NCBI RefSeq assembly: GCF_009914755.1
Contig: NC_060939.1
Length of the DNA stretch: 64,000 nucleotides
From: the human T2T-CHM13v2.0 reference genome, Homo sapiens
Direction: 5' to 3' (one strand)
Part shown: in pieces, positions 28,736-54,811 of the stretch
Position numbering within the stretch: the stretch's first letter is position 1
Layout of the letters: every line of letters begins with the position of its first letter
Notes under the pieces: model-generated
The model's input: only the letters and a program-made list of their open reading frames with translations
The model's database searches: none
Told to the model about the DNA's origin: nothing
Translations under genes and position numbers: made by a program

Positions 28736-30044
28736 CTGGGTCACACTTTTTAAAGTATGGTTATCCTCACGAAGGACCACTACTTGTGACTGTACTGACT
28801 GTGTACTGCCCAACTCCAGGGCACCACTCCCAAAGCAAGGTGAATAGCACCCCTGGGGTTCAGGGTGGCAGCCACATCCTTATCGACAGTCCTGATCATG
28901 AGGCTGTCTTTTGAAAAACAGTCATCTTAAGTAAATTACCTAATTTATTCATTCAACAAACATGTACTAAGCATTTACTCCATGCCTGGCTTTAGGCAAG
29001 GAACTAGAATATGAAAAATAAGAACCCCTGCCATCAAGGAACTCTTAGGGCAGGAGGAGAAATGAGACTACATCAAATACACAATTACAAAATGCCACGT
29101 TGAAGACCTCAACAGAGACGTGGATCCCAGCTAGGGTACCAGGAACACAAAGGCAGACAGGCACCACTGAGAGGGAGGGTGAAGATAGACAGCTGCCTCC
29201 CAGAGGAGACCATTTGAAATGGGTATCAAAGAGAGAGCTGATATTTACTGGGGGGGTGAAGGTATTCCAAGCCTGAATGAGAACATGTGCAAAGGCATGG
29301 GAGAATAAAAGAATGTGGTGCTTTGAACAAACAGCAAGTCATTCTTTGTGGCTGGAGCTTGGGGTACACATTCCAGCTCAAACAGCAGGTTAAGGTGACG
29401 TCCTGAAGGGATTTGTAACCCGCCATGGAGGACTACCAAAGAGATCCAGGTGGGAAGACAGACAACAATGGGTTCTTCTCCTATAGGCCCTAATCTGTGG
29501 GAGAACACAAAATGTGATTCCTTTGTGAAGAAAAGCACTCAAGGAGCAAATATCTAAAACACTGTCACAAAACAGTTTCTTTACAGATCTAAAAGTTTAT
29601 TGTAACCTTCCAATAAAAAGGTCATTTGTTTCAAAAATAATCCTCCAGGTAGAAGGTGGGAGGAAAAGGACTCTTAATATCTTAAGCCATTATTCAGCTA
29701 AGAGCCATGGCTGTCACTGTAAGATCTCTGAGCTAAATTCATCCTTTAGAAGTGGAACGCAGCCAGCCCAGTGGAAATGGTTTTCCTCTTGAGCCAGGAA
29801 AACCCCTGGTCCATATCCCAGCTCTTGCATTCACTTTCTAAGTAGCTGACCTTGAATAAATGCCCTAACCCTTTTCTTCCTCCATAAGATGCTAATGCTG
29901 TTACCTACCCTGCAGGGCCACTGTAATGATTAAATGAGGTATAAAAGGGAAAAAACCTGGCTCACAGAAGCCACAAATGTTATTTTCCTTCTGTTAATGC
30001 CCTCCAGCCAAAGAGCTGAGGGGCATATCTGTATTTAAACAAGT

Positions 30045-30865
<821 letters not shown>

Positions 30866-31444
30866 TCCCATCAGGGTATGAAAGACATTTTTGTCTTTTA
30901 CAGTTAGAACTGAAAGGGGGGTAAATTTCAAACTGATAACTAGTCACAGCAATCATGAACATTATAAAAAGATGTCAACCTGCCAGTGTAACAAAGCTAA
31001 TCTCTTTTACACAGCTTAGCTTTATTCTTAGGGAGGCTTTTAAAACACACATGCAAAATTTAAATCATGAATTCCAAGCACCTTCTATTTATAAACCAAA
31101 AAGGCATCTGAGGCTTTGTATATTTTCTCCAAGAGCTATTTAAATACTCTTTGAATATCTTCAGGAAAATACCAGTATAGCAAGAGCAGTTAGCTAACTG
31201 AACAAATCACCACCTGAGGCAGTTTGTAGGAAGATTTGTTAACAAGGGAATAAACTGCAGCATTAGGAAAGTGCCAAAAGTTTCCAGCTTTTTTCTAATG
31301 AGAACAACGATAATAACAAAAGGATACAAAGTTTACTTTGTATCACTAAAAAATAAACTGTTAACTTAAAGGAGTTTAAGTAGACACAAACTCCCTGTCC
31401 CATTAGGAAACAGTGGATGACAAACTTAGAAAGTGGAGAAACAA

Positions 31445-32050
<606 letters not shown>

Positions 32051-32275
32051 AATGGAGAAACAAATCTTCCATTAGTGATGCCGGCAGTAAGAAGGTCAAA
32101 ATTGGACTCTGTTTATCAGCATGGTCTAATCCAATAAGTAATAAAGATATCATTTATCATCAGCTCAGTAAATCATCCCTTTGTTCCACCCAGGCTTGTG
32201 CCTCAAGAACACACAGATCCTTCCCTTGCGGATATTACAGAAACTCTGCCTGCCTAAGGGCTGCCCCTCACTCAC

Positions 32276-32395
32276 CCGGTTTCTGATCAGGTTCAGGCCA
32301 GGACTTTCGCAGAACATGGACAGTGGACCCAGGTTGAATGCCATAGAAGTCAAGTGTCTGGTCATCTTTTAGCTTCCGACCACAGTAGATCAGAT
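32276..32395 (-). CDS. UBL7: UBL7 exon 3 (C-terminal half of ubiquitin-like domain)
   Basis: ttttag|AT...G|gtgagt; (D)LIYCGRKLKDDQTLDFYGIQPGSTVHVLRKSWPEPDQKP, ubiquitin-fold motif LIYxGKxLxDxxTLxxYxI (120 nt, phase 1/1). Confidence 0.96.
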
Positions 32396-32536
32396 CTAAA
32401 AAAAGAACTGTCCACTTATATTTTGCTCCTCAAAACAAATTTACATGGTTTTTGTCCCGAGAACCTTATTTTGATTAGATAGCTGGAGAATGATACATGT
32501 TTTAAAAGATACTCTTATTCAATAACTTAACAAATA

Positions 32537-32835
<299 letters not shown>

Positions 32836-32899
32836 AATTAAATACATTTCAACAACTATTTGCAAATATAAACTCATAAAATGGACTTACATCGAATCT

Positions 32900-34242
<1,343 letters not shown>

Positions 34243-34407
34243 TCATTATATGATTTGTGTTTCTATTTACCCAACATTCACTTCCCTGGAGTGTTAACAT
34301 TATGAGGCAACAAATCCCAAGCCCTTACTTTACTCTTGTAATTCCAGAAGTATCCTCCCCCAAAAGAGATCAGAGCAGCAGCCCAACCCCAGTCCAGAGA
34401 GACTCAC

Positions 34408-34591
34408 CAATCAGCTCAGGGTCTGGAACAGACTCCTGGAGTTTGCCAGCAATAAGCTGCTTCAGAAATGAAATACTATAGCCCCCTAGCGAGTATTCTC
34501 CCAGTTCTGTCTCTGGCAACCGAAGAATAGACTTTGGAGTAAGTGGCTGGTCAGCCAGCTTCACCGCCAGGTGCCAGTCTGAGAGAGACAT
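34408..34591 (-). CDS. UBL7: UBL7 exon 2 coding part (start codon; exon begins at 34620)
   Basis: MSLSDWHLAVKLADQPLTPKSILRLPETELGEYSLGGYSISFLKQLIAGKLQESVPDPELI. Acceptor ttacag|G at 34621/34620; donor G|gtgagt at 34408/34407. The ten exons sum to 1143 nt = 380 aa + stop. Confidence 0.96.
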
Positions 34592-35013
34592 CCTCTCTCT
34601 TTCGCGCTCTCTCTTTCTCCCTGTAAAAGAACAAAACCTCAGTGGTTAAAAGACAGACCACCACTCTACTCCACCCCCACCCACCAAAGGGTTGAATGAA
34701 AGACAATTCAATGTGACACTGTTGAAGAGGCATAGGGCGTACCATCAGGAGGCCAGAACTAGAATCTGGGGTTCTCTCTCTACTCATACTGTGATGGACA
34801 GCTCTCTAGGCCTCAGTTTCTTCATCCCTAACGTGGACATAAAAACGCCATCCAATCTAATAGGAATGTTGTGAGAGAGATCATCTAACCCTCTCCCTTC
34901 TGTATGCCCCTTTTTCCAATTTTCTTCAACTGTTGCTTGAACCAGTAGAACAGCTTTATAACAAGTTCCCTGCCTCTTGCCTCTCCCTATCAAATATCTA
35001 TGCTGCCACCTAA

Positions 35014-36132
<1,119 letters not shown>

Positions 36133-36699
36133 TCATAACAAAGCTCTCCCCTATTTTACACCTCTGCTCATCTAACTCTGCATGTAATTTCTCTTCCCTT
36201 TTTGGCCTTTTAGCAAACTCCTACCGAAACCAACACAGATTCAATAACCTCAGTCCCCTCTCTTTCCTCTGTTGTTCCCACATCCCCTCAGAACAAAAGG
36301 GCTACAAATATCTGCTTGCCCCCTCCTCCACCCCAATTCTTGAATGCCCTTGAAAACAAAAGACTAAAGTTTTCTTCATCCTTGTCCCCATACCTGGCAT
36401 ACATGGAACCCCAGAAAATAAATCAGAAACTCTGACGGCGGAAGAATCTTGCAAAGCAAGATAAGTTCTTGTTATAGTCATCATTATTGCTTCCAAAGAG
36501 ACCTCTGATAGAGAAGAGGAAAGAAAAGGCTGTGAAGCTGCCTAGCAGACCTTCAAGCATCCTCAAGGTATCTTCCACCTCAAGTTTATGCCAGAAGGAG
36601 GTCGTTTTATATACCATGTCTCACTTAATCCTCACAACGGTTCCCTAAGGCAGGCATTAGCCACATTTTAAAGATGAGGGAAGCAAGACTCAGTAAAAT

Positions 36700-37350
36700 C
36701 ACTGGCCCAAGGTCACAGATCGCTAGTAATGGGGCAGGAACACTATCCGGTGGCGACCTCACCGCTCCAGTGGGACCAGCTACTTGGCTGACACACATCG
36801 AGCCCGCGCTGCCCAGGGCCCCAGCGCCCTCACCCGTCCCGCGGAAGGAACCCGGCCGCACTGCCGCCGGTGTAAACACTCACTCTGGCCCTCTCGCCGG
36901 AAACCGGAAATTCCGCGCTGCATTCTGGGAGTTGCAGTTCCCGCTGTGGCCCCCCGCCCCCTTATAAACAGCCAGTCTACAAGAGGCGCTAGTTGCAAAG
37001 CTTCCGGTTCTGGGGGAAGGCGTGGCTTCCGCGCTCTTTGAAATGTCCGGCGCCGGAATGTCTGGGTGCTTTGGTTGGAGAGGGTCCCATTTCCAGTCAT
37101 TCTTCAGCCTGGTGATTCCCGCGCTCCCCTGAGGAGCATATGAAGTACGTCGGTTCTGCCAGGTTGGAACGCGCTGCTGGACACTCGGCCGTAAGGCGGA
37201 TCCCGGATCCCCTCCCACTCCGACCCTTCCCTCCAGAAGGGCCGGTTCCCAAACGGCCCCTTTAGACACATCCAAGCGGTTGCCGACGGCCCTCACGATG
37301 AAAACTGCTGTCCGTTGGTGAAGGCAGCCTCTTCTGTGCTCCTCGCCGCT
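36700..37350. promoter_or_regulatory. Bidirectional CpG-island promoter of UBL7 / UBL7-DT
   Basis: Tandem ETS sites CCGGAAACCGGAAA (36897-36910), CTTCCGG (37001-37007), ZNF143/THAP11-type GCATTCTGGGAGTTGCAGTTC (36920-36940), GC box CCCCGCCCC (36952-36960), TATAAA (36963-36968). Confidence 0.85.
36834..36910 (-). other. UBL7: UBL7 non-coding exon 1 (alternative donors at 36884/36883, 36834/36833 and possibly 36763/36762; TSS approximate)
   Basis: Minus-strand donor-like GTGAGT/GTGAGG sites inside the CpG island. Exon 2 has an acceptor 29 nt upstream of its ATG, which requires an upstream exon. Confidence 0.6.
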
Positions 37351-39659
37351 GACTTCCTGAGGCGGACCTACCTGTGGAGGCATACCAGGAACCAGACGAT
37401 GACCCCCTCCAAAAGTTGGGTCTTTGAGGAGAGCTACTAACTTGGGTTCCTGGTACACCCTCTACATGCAGTGGTGAAGCTTATCTAACAGTCATTCATA
37501 GAATCAGTTTGGGAAGGGGAATTTTCACTGAACTCTCATAGAGAAACTGTGTTTTAGATAACAGAAAGTTCTGCACGGTTAAAATGGAACAGAAATTTTT
37601 TTGCACAGAAATTAGGATTACCGAAAATACTGAAGAAAGACTACCTCTGATTGGACTCTTCTCAAGGAATTAATAATTCAAGAACTAAGGAAAGAAAAAA
37701 GTGATTATATGAAAATACTGAAGTTGATCGTAGCAGCTGAAGGCTGATCCTGTGTGGGTAAATGTAAACGCTGAATTCCCACATTCCAATGTGCGACCTG
37801 GGATTAAGGCAGCAATTGAGCAGGGTAATGTTACTGAGGAGAGCGAACAGATCGCAGGATCTCAGAAGGCCTAACATTAAAGGCAGATCACCCCTCTGTT
37901 CTCATAAGTTATATGGGGAGTTTTGAAATGGCTTTCACTGTCTTCAGGGAGTTTATCTTCAGGATAACTCCCATGTATGTTGTGGGCGCATTAGGAACCC
38001 ATGGCTGTTCCCAAAGTCTCCCTTTCCCATCCTACCCATTTTTAGATATACCCCCTCTTTCAGTAATCCTTCCTAACTAGACTTCTTTAGACTCCTTCCT
38101 CTCCTGCCTACTAAGTTACTTGCACCTGAGCTCCATAATTTATCAAAATTATATATTGTGAATACTTTCCCAGTTCATGATTTTTTTTTTACTCTTAATG
38201 GTATTAGATAATTTAATTTCATTTTAAAACTTTTTTTTTTTTTTGAGACGGAGTCTTGCTCTGTCGCCCAGATTGGAGTGCAGTAGTGGCCGATCTCGGC
38301 TCACTGCACCCTCCGCCTCCCGGGTTCAAGAGATTCTCATGCCTCAGCCTCTTGAGGAGCTGGGGCTACAGGTACCTGCCACCACGCCCGGCTAATTTTT
38401 GTATTTTTAGTAGAGACGGGGTTTCACCACGTTGGCCAGGCTGCTCGAACTCCTGACCTCAGGTGATCCCAAAGTGCTGGGATTACAAGCGGTAGCCACC
38501 ACGCCCGGCCTGAAATTTTGTTGTGATGGTTAGTGCCTTTTGTGTCCTATGTAAGAAATCTTTGCCTGCCCTCGTTATGAAGATACTATCCTAGGTTTTC
38601 TTCTGTGTTATTTTATCTTTCACATTTAGGTCTATGATTAATTTCACATTAATCTTTGTATATGATAGGAGTTAGACATCAAGATTCATCTCTTCCATAT
38701 GGGTGTACAATTGATCCAGCACTATTTAAAAATTTTGTTCCCACTGAATTTCAGTGGCAGCTTTGTCATAAATCCGGTGACTATGTATGTCTGGGTCAAT
38801 TTTTGACTCTTATTCTGTGCCATGGGTGTATTTTTCTGTCATTGTGCCAATGTCACACGTCTTGATTTCTCTAACTTTAGAGTAGGTCTTGATATCTGCT
38901 AGCCTTTTGGCTTTAAGAGGGGCATGGCTATTCTATCACCAATAGATGACAATTGTTAACTTTGTTTTATGCTTCTAAAAGTATAATTTTACTGAATCTT
39001 AAATATGTATATTCAACAAAATTTAGATTACACTGTACATTTGTTTAGTAATCTACATATTTTACCTAGCTTGAATATTTCCCCTGTGCTCAAATATTCT
39101 TGAGACTTTTTACTTTGAAATAATTTCAAGTTTACAGTACAGTTGCAAAAATATTACAAAATAATGCCCTCATACCCTTAACCCAAAGTCCCCAGTTGTT
39201 AATAGTTTACATTTACCTCATCATTCTTTCTCTCTCACTCTCTCACTATGCATATTGTTCTTTTGTTTTTCCACCCGATCCGTTTAAGAGCCAATTACAG
39301 ACATTACCCAAAGTATTTCTGTATTTCCTGAAAACAAGGATATATTCTATGTCACAGCCACAGTACAACCCAGCAAAATCAAGAAATTAATAAATACAAT
39401 AATACCATGTAACTTACAATCTCATTCAGCTTTCATCAACCATTCCAGTTGGGTGGAGGCTGATCATCTCTCTGCCATTTTCATAAGTTATGTCATAGAT
39501 TTTCACATCTGTCACATCATTCATTTCTCCAAAGAGCCTTAGTTCCTTTTAGTAAGGAATGGTATTTAGAAGCCAAGTTTGGATGCTAGGTGTGTTTATT
39601 GCTACTGAGATGTCATTATTTCCAGTCTATTTCAGTGACTAGACCTAGCAAATAAATGA

Positions 39660-39810
39660 ATATTGATATACACACCCATTCATCTATATTTCTATGAAAT
39701 ATATTTAAATATGTGTGCATATAGATGTGTATATGTATATATAGATCTATGTATATGTGAGCATATATATGTGCACATATATCAAAATATATATGTATAT
39801 ATAAAATATG
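39660..39810. repeat. (TA/TG)-rich low-complexity tract
   Basis: Degenerate ATATATGTGT repeats. Confidence 0.7.
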
Positions 39811-39967
39811 AGTTCACACCAATACCTCAAATTCCAATCCAATACCACATATTTTCCTCTAGTCTTCCTCTTCTCTATAATTTTACCTCCCTTCTGCAAT
39901 AGTAGGAAACTTGATTCTCATTTTCCACAATATACTTGTATTTTCTCATGTTGACATTCATGGTACC

Positions 39968-40352
39968 TGATATGGTTTGGCTCTGTGTCCCCACCCAAAT
40001 CTCATGTTGAATTGTAATCCTCAATGTTGGAGGAGGGGCCTGGTGGGAGGTCATGATGTTTGGATCATGGGGCAGACTTCCCCCTTGCTGTTCTCATGAC
40101 AGTGAGTTCTCAAGAGATCTGGTTGTTCAAAAGTGTGTAGCACTTCCCCCTTTGCCCTCTCTCTCCTGCTCTGCCATGTGAAGATGTGCTTGCTTCCCCT
40201 TCACGTTCTGCCATGATTGTATGTTTCCTGTGGCTTCCCCAGCCATGCTTCCTGTATAGCCTGCAGAACTGTGCGTCAATTAAAGCACTTTTCTTTATAA
40301 ATCACCTGGTCTCAGGTAGTTCTTTATAGCAGTGCAAGAACAGACTAATACA
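39968..40352 (+). mobile_element. MSTA (MaLR) solo LTR
   Basis: TGATATGGTTTGGCTCTGTGTCCCCACCCAAATCTCATG...GACTAATACA; perfect 5-bp TSD GTACC (39963-39967 / 40353-40357). Confidence 0.88.
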
Positions 40353-40627
40353 GTACCATAACAATGGAGCCTCCTCTTCAACTTGATTCTTGAGTCCTTT
40401 TGACATAACCCTGGAGGTTTTTGATAGCTCCCTGCTATCTAGCATGACAAGAGTTCCTAGCTAATCTTGTACTTCCTGCCCTAGGCATAAAAATTAGCCA
40501 TTTCTTCAAGAAATTCATATGGTTTTCTGTGGGAAATGGTATATTAAGACCACAATCTGGGCACTAGGGATGCTTATTGCTACTGAATTGTTTGTTACTT
40601 GTAAGCCACATTAGTGGATGGAGCTAG

Positions 40628-41017
<390 letters not shown>

Positions 41018-41432
41018 TAATTTAATATTTTCTATATTACATCTTTATTTCCTTTCTTCCACACTGAGAATACTAGTTCTCAAGAACATAAGGGACAACA
41101 GTATTTAAATATCTATTTTCATTTCCTTTATCCCATATCACATACCCAACTGTCTCAAAATAACAATACTAATGATACTATCACCACCAATATAATTATT
41201 GAGACGTTTAAAAAAATGTTTGCATATGCCCTTCTCATTCTATCCCCTCCATTCATTCTCTCCATTTTAACAGATGTGCTGTATATTATCTGAGCCTATA
41301 CTCATTACTCTACCTTCCTCTTTTTAACTCTCTTAATACTACAAAGAATTCCATGTTTAGGCCAGGTGCGGCAGCGCACACCTGTAATCCCAGCACTTTG
41401 GGAGGCTGAGACAGGCAGATCACCTGAGGTCA

Positions 41433-41639
<207 letters not shown>

Positions 41640-42574
41640 TCAAAAATAAATAAATAAATAAAATCAGAATTCCATGTTTAATGCTTTCCACTGGTTTTTG
41701 TTGCTGTTGTTGTTGTTGTTTTGTTTTGTTTTCTGACACAGAGTCTCACTGTATCACCCAGGCTGAAGTACATTGGTGCAATCTTGGCTCACTGCATCTC
41801 CACCCCAGGTTCAAGCGATTCTCCTGCCTCAGCCTCCCAAGCAGCTGGGATTACAGGTATGTAGCACAATGCCCGGCTAATTTTTGTATTTTTAATAGAG
41901 ACAGAGTTTCACCGTGTTGGCTAGGCTGGTCTCAAACTCCTGGCCTCAAGTGATTCACCCGCCTTGGCCTCCCAAAATGTTGGGATTACAAGCATGAGCC
42001 ACTGTGCCTGGCCCAGTGGTTTTTATTACTGAACCCGTTCTTTAGTGGATTTCCTGGAAGGACTACAATATTCTCTGTGAATGATATTCCCTAAACTTTT
42101 GCATATTAATAGCAGTTTATTTCTGGCCTTTATGCTTGAAAATCAGTTTGCTAAATATAAAATTGTTGGCTCACATTTTCTTTCTTAAGATATTTCATTT
42201 TCATCTGATGACAGAAATCTAATTTTCTTTCCCTTACAAGTTACTTGCTCTTTTCACCAGGTTGCCCAAGTAGTTTTTAAAATTTTTTGTTTAATTTCCA
42301 GTCATTTTACCTGACTACATCTTGGTGCTGTTTGTTTTAGGTCAGTAGTCTCAGTTATGTGGTATTCTCTTCCAAAATGTAATTTATATTTTTTTTATTT
42401 CAGTAAAGATTGATTTTTGAATTACAGGTTTTAGAATAGTTCCGTTCTCTTGCCTTGGTTTGGTTCTTAAGAGGACTCATGTTAGCCATATGTTGTATCT
42501 TTGTTGTTTCTCTTCAATATCTGCCACTTTTCTCAAATCTTTTCTCTTTCTTCATTTTTAAAAATATTTTTTAA

Positions 42575-43471
<897 letters not shown>

Positions 43472-43896
43472 TAGAAATATAATTCTGCTGCTTATTCTCT
43501 TATCATAATTTTGTATGATATTTGGCTTATATATTTTCTGTTATTCATTTTTGTGTGAAATTACTTTTCCTATGCTTTTAAAAAGAGATGTGGTTCAGGG
43601 TAGCATTTTGAACTTGAGAGAGCTTCCTCCTCTATTGTTTTCATGTAGTGTTAAAAAATATGGCAGCTTGCTTTCTGAGATTCTTTAGCTCTATTAGCCT
43701 TCCTAATTTTTTTTTTTTTTTTTTTTTTTTTTTGAGACAGAGTCTCACGCTTTCGCTAGGCTGGAGTGCAGTAGCAGGATCTCGGCTCATTGCAACCTCC
43801 ACCCTCCCGGGTTCAAGTGATTCTCCTGCCTCAGCCTCCTGAGTAGCTGGGGCTACAGGCATGCACCACCACACCCAGATAATTTTTGTATTTTTA

Positions 43897-44013
<117 letters not shown>

Positions 44014-44454
44014 TTAGCCTTCCTAATTTTTATCTGGATCTTCTCTTTTCTTCATCTTTATTTATGTCTGTCCTGATCAATTTTGATTCCATTTCTAGCA
44101 GTTTTTCCTCAGTATGAGACCCTGTTCTGGAGGGAAACCCTGGCATGCCAGCTTTAGGATTCACATAGGCCGAGCTGCTCTAGTCCTTTAAGACGTTAAA
44201 GCAGTTCCCTTGCATTTAGTCACTATTGGGCAAAAAACCTCCCAGTTTCAGCTGTTGTTCGCAAATTAGTCAAGCTTTCTAATGAATGCCTGCTGGCTAG
44301 TTAGAGGAATTCCTATCCTCAGATCTGTTAGCTGTAGCGTTGCTTCCTTCTGCTTCTTTCTGCACAGCTGATGATGCCACACAAGTCTTGCAGCTGCCGA
44401 TAGTTTGTCCTCACCAATTTGGATTTTGCAGTTAATGGGGATATATCATCACCT

Positions 44455-45161
<707 letters not shown>

Positions 45162-45166
45162 CCTAG

Positions 45167-46180
45167 GTTTTTTTTTTTTTCTCTTTTTTTGAGACAGAGG
45201 CTTGCTCTGTCACCCAGGCTGGAGTGTAGTGATGCAATCCTGGCTCACTGCAACCTCCACCTCCCGGGTTCAATGATTCTCCTGCCTCAGCGTCCCGAGT
45301 AGCTAGGACTACAGGCATGTGCCACCACACCTGACTAATTTTTGTATTTTTTGTAGAAACAAGGTTTCACCATGTTGGCAAGGCTGATCTCAAACTCCTG
45401 ACCTCAAGTGATCCACCTGCCTCGGGCCCCCAAAGTGCTGGGATTTCAGGCCATAGCACCTAGTTATTTTGTAAACACTGTCCATGGATTTTTTGTTTTG
45501 TCACCCAGTTGCTATGCTTTTAATTGTGGATCCAGAAAGATTAAAAAGCTTGGCCGGGCGGAGTGGCTTATGCCTGTAATCCCAGTACTTTGGGAGGCTG
45601 AGGCAGGAGGATCACTTGAGCCCAGAAGTTTGAGACCAACCCAGGCAATGCAGTGAGATTCCATCTCTACAAAAAATTTAAAAATTAGCCAAGCATGGTG
45701 GCATGTGCCTGTAGTCCCAGCTGCTTGGGAGGCTGAGGTGAGAGGATTGGTTAAACCTGAGAGGTCAAGGCTGCAGTGGGCCATGATTGTGCCACTGCAC
45801 TGCAGCCTGGGCAACAGAGCAAGACCCTGTTCTCAAGAGAAAAAACTATGTCACTTAATATGCTAAGTGAAATAAGCCAGTCACAAAGGACAAATACTGT
45901 ATGATTCCACTAATGTGAGGTACCTAGAGTAGTTAAAATCATGGAGACAGAAAGTAAAATGATTGTCGTCCAGGACTGGGGTTAAGAGGGAATGAGGAAT
46001 TATTTTTTGTTCAGTGGAACAGAGTTTCAGTTTCGGAAGATGGAAAAAGTTCTGGAGATAGACATGGCGATGGTTGCACAACAATGTGAATGTGCTAAAT
46101 ATCACTGAATTGTACACTTAGAATGGCTACAATGGTCATTTTTGGTTATGTGTATTTTACTCTAATAAAAAAGGAAAAAT
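45167..46180. mobile_element. Alu (-) 45167-45450, AluJ (+) 45552-45845, L1MB 3' end (+) ~45850-46180
   Basis: Alu consensus (CCATAGCACCTAG repeated on both sides). L1M 3' motif GCTAAGTGAAATAAGCCAGTCACAAAGGACAAATACTGTATGATTCCAC. Confidence 0.82.
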
Positions 46181-46194
46181 AGAAACACATACAA

Positions 46195-46701
46195 CAGCAG
46201 TCCCCAACCTTTTCAGCACCAGGGACTAGTTTTATGGAAGATAATTTTTCCACAGACCAGGGTAGGGAGATGGTTTCAGGATGATTCAAGTGCCTCACAT
46301 TTATTGTGCACTTGATTTCTGTTATTATTACATTGTAATATAAAATGAAGTAATTATACAACTCACCATAATGTAGAGTCAGTGGGAGCCCTGAGCTAGT
46401 TTTCCTGCAAATAGATGGTCCCGTCTGGGGGTGATGAGAGACAATGACAGATCATCAGGCATTAGATTCTCATAAGGAGCAACCTAGATCCCTTGCATGT
46501 GCAGTTCACAGTAGGGTTTATGCTCCTGTAAGAACCTAATGCTGCCACTGATCTGACAGGAGGCAGAGCTCAGGCAGTAATACGAGTAGTGGGGAGCAGC
46601 TGTAAATACAGATGACGCCTCGCTCACGCCGCTCACCTCCTGCTGTGCAGCCTGGTTCCTAAAAGGCTTCAACCCCAACCCCCTGGGGTTGAGGACCCCT
46701 G
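46195..46701 (-). mobile_element. MER1A hAT-Charlie DNA transposon
   Basis: Terminal inverted repeats CAGCAGTCCCCAACC / GGTTGAGGACCCCTG; 8-bp TSD ACATACAA / ACATAGAA; ~507 bp. Confidence 0.88.
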
Positions 46702-46914
46702 ACATAGAAGACCCCAAAAAAGGACCCCATCAAAATTTGAATGATTCCACCCATCAATCACTGTGCTGGGATTCCACCAACCCTTCACTTGACTGGAGAA
46801 TAAAGAATAAAGACTATGAGTCCACTAAAATGATTGTGAAATATAAAGATAGGTCTTACCACATCTGTAAGTCTTTTTCTTCTCCTGTAGCCTGAAATAA
46901 AAATAGACAAAGAG

Positions 46915-49046
<2,132 letters not shown>

Positions 49047-49479
49047 TCACAAGCCTGCCTGGAGAGCTAGAATCAGAGCACCACAATGGGAGAGGGGGTC
49101 AAGGGAGAATAAGAGTGTGCTTTCAAGACCCTCACAGTAAAGATGGATCTGCCGCTAGAATTGCACAGGATGTGACTTTGGCCCAGGGCTCCCTCTCCCC
49201 CAGCAGTGTTCAGATGAGCATCACCAGTGTCACCTCAGGGACTGTCCTGGGTTCAGCCTCTCCAGTGGTAACTCATCCCCTTTCTTGTCTCTTACTTCAG
49301 CTATGCTGGAGGACATTTGTTGGTTGTCTTATCCATTTTCCCACATCACTCCCAGAGATCCCTGGCCTCTTTTCAACAGACCATACTTTCCCTTTGGGGA
49401 TCAATCCATGTAGTTCCTGGGATGTGGCTTCACATAAGCCAAGCCATTCAGCACAGTCCATCCTCTGAGCCCAGTGATG

Positions 49480-50700
<1,221 letters not shown>

Positions 50701-51052
50701 TCAAATAGAGAATTAGGTCCACTGAAGTGGGGTGCTGCACATAATATCATCTGAAACGTGGACTTCGTTGAGTGGTAGAGACGGAGCTTTGGGCAGTGGG
50801 GGCACAGATACTGCAGACGGGAATGCTGACAACCCTGCTATGCTGTGGGAAAACATTTGGTCGATCTGCTATTTTATGGGAGACACCCCACATACCAGCC
50901 AAGTCTGTAGTGATAGGGTAAATGGCTAGAATAATTCAGAATGTTGGCACATGCTGGTGACTTCATTCCACTTTCGATGAATTCTTGAAGGAGACCAGTG
51001 AACTTGAATTATCCAGGCTGAAGGAAAAAAGGAAGGCAGTGCTACTTCACTA

Positions 51053-54600
<3,548 letters not shown>

Positions 54601-54811
54601 CTTTATTTAGGCCTAATTTCCATGCAATAAAATTATTTTAACTGTACAATATGATGACTTTTGACATATATACACAATAGTATAAGTACTACCACAATCA
54701 AGATTCAATTATAACTCATGCCTCTTTGTCAGCACTTTTCATCCCCAATTTCAGCAGCTGGTAACTTTAAGGTTTTGCCTTTTCCAGAATGTCACATAAA
54801 TGGAATCATAC

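Noticed and set aside
36880-37458. 192-aa minus-strand ORF over the UBL7 promoter
   Set aside because: CpG-island artefact upstream of the UBL7 TSS; no domain.
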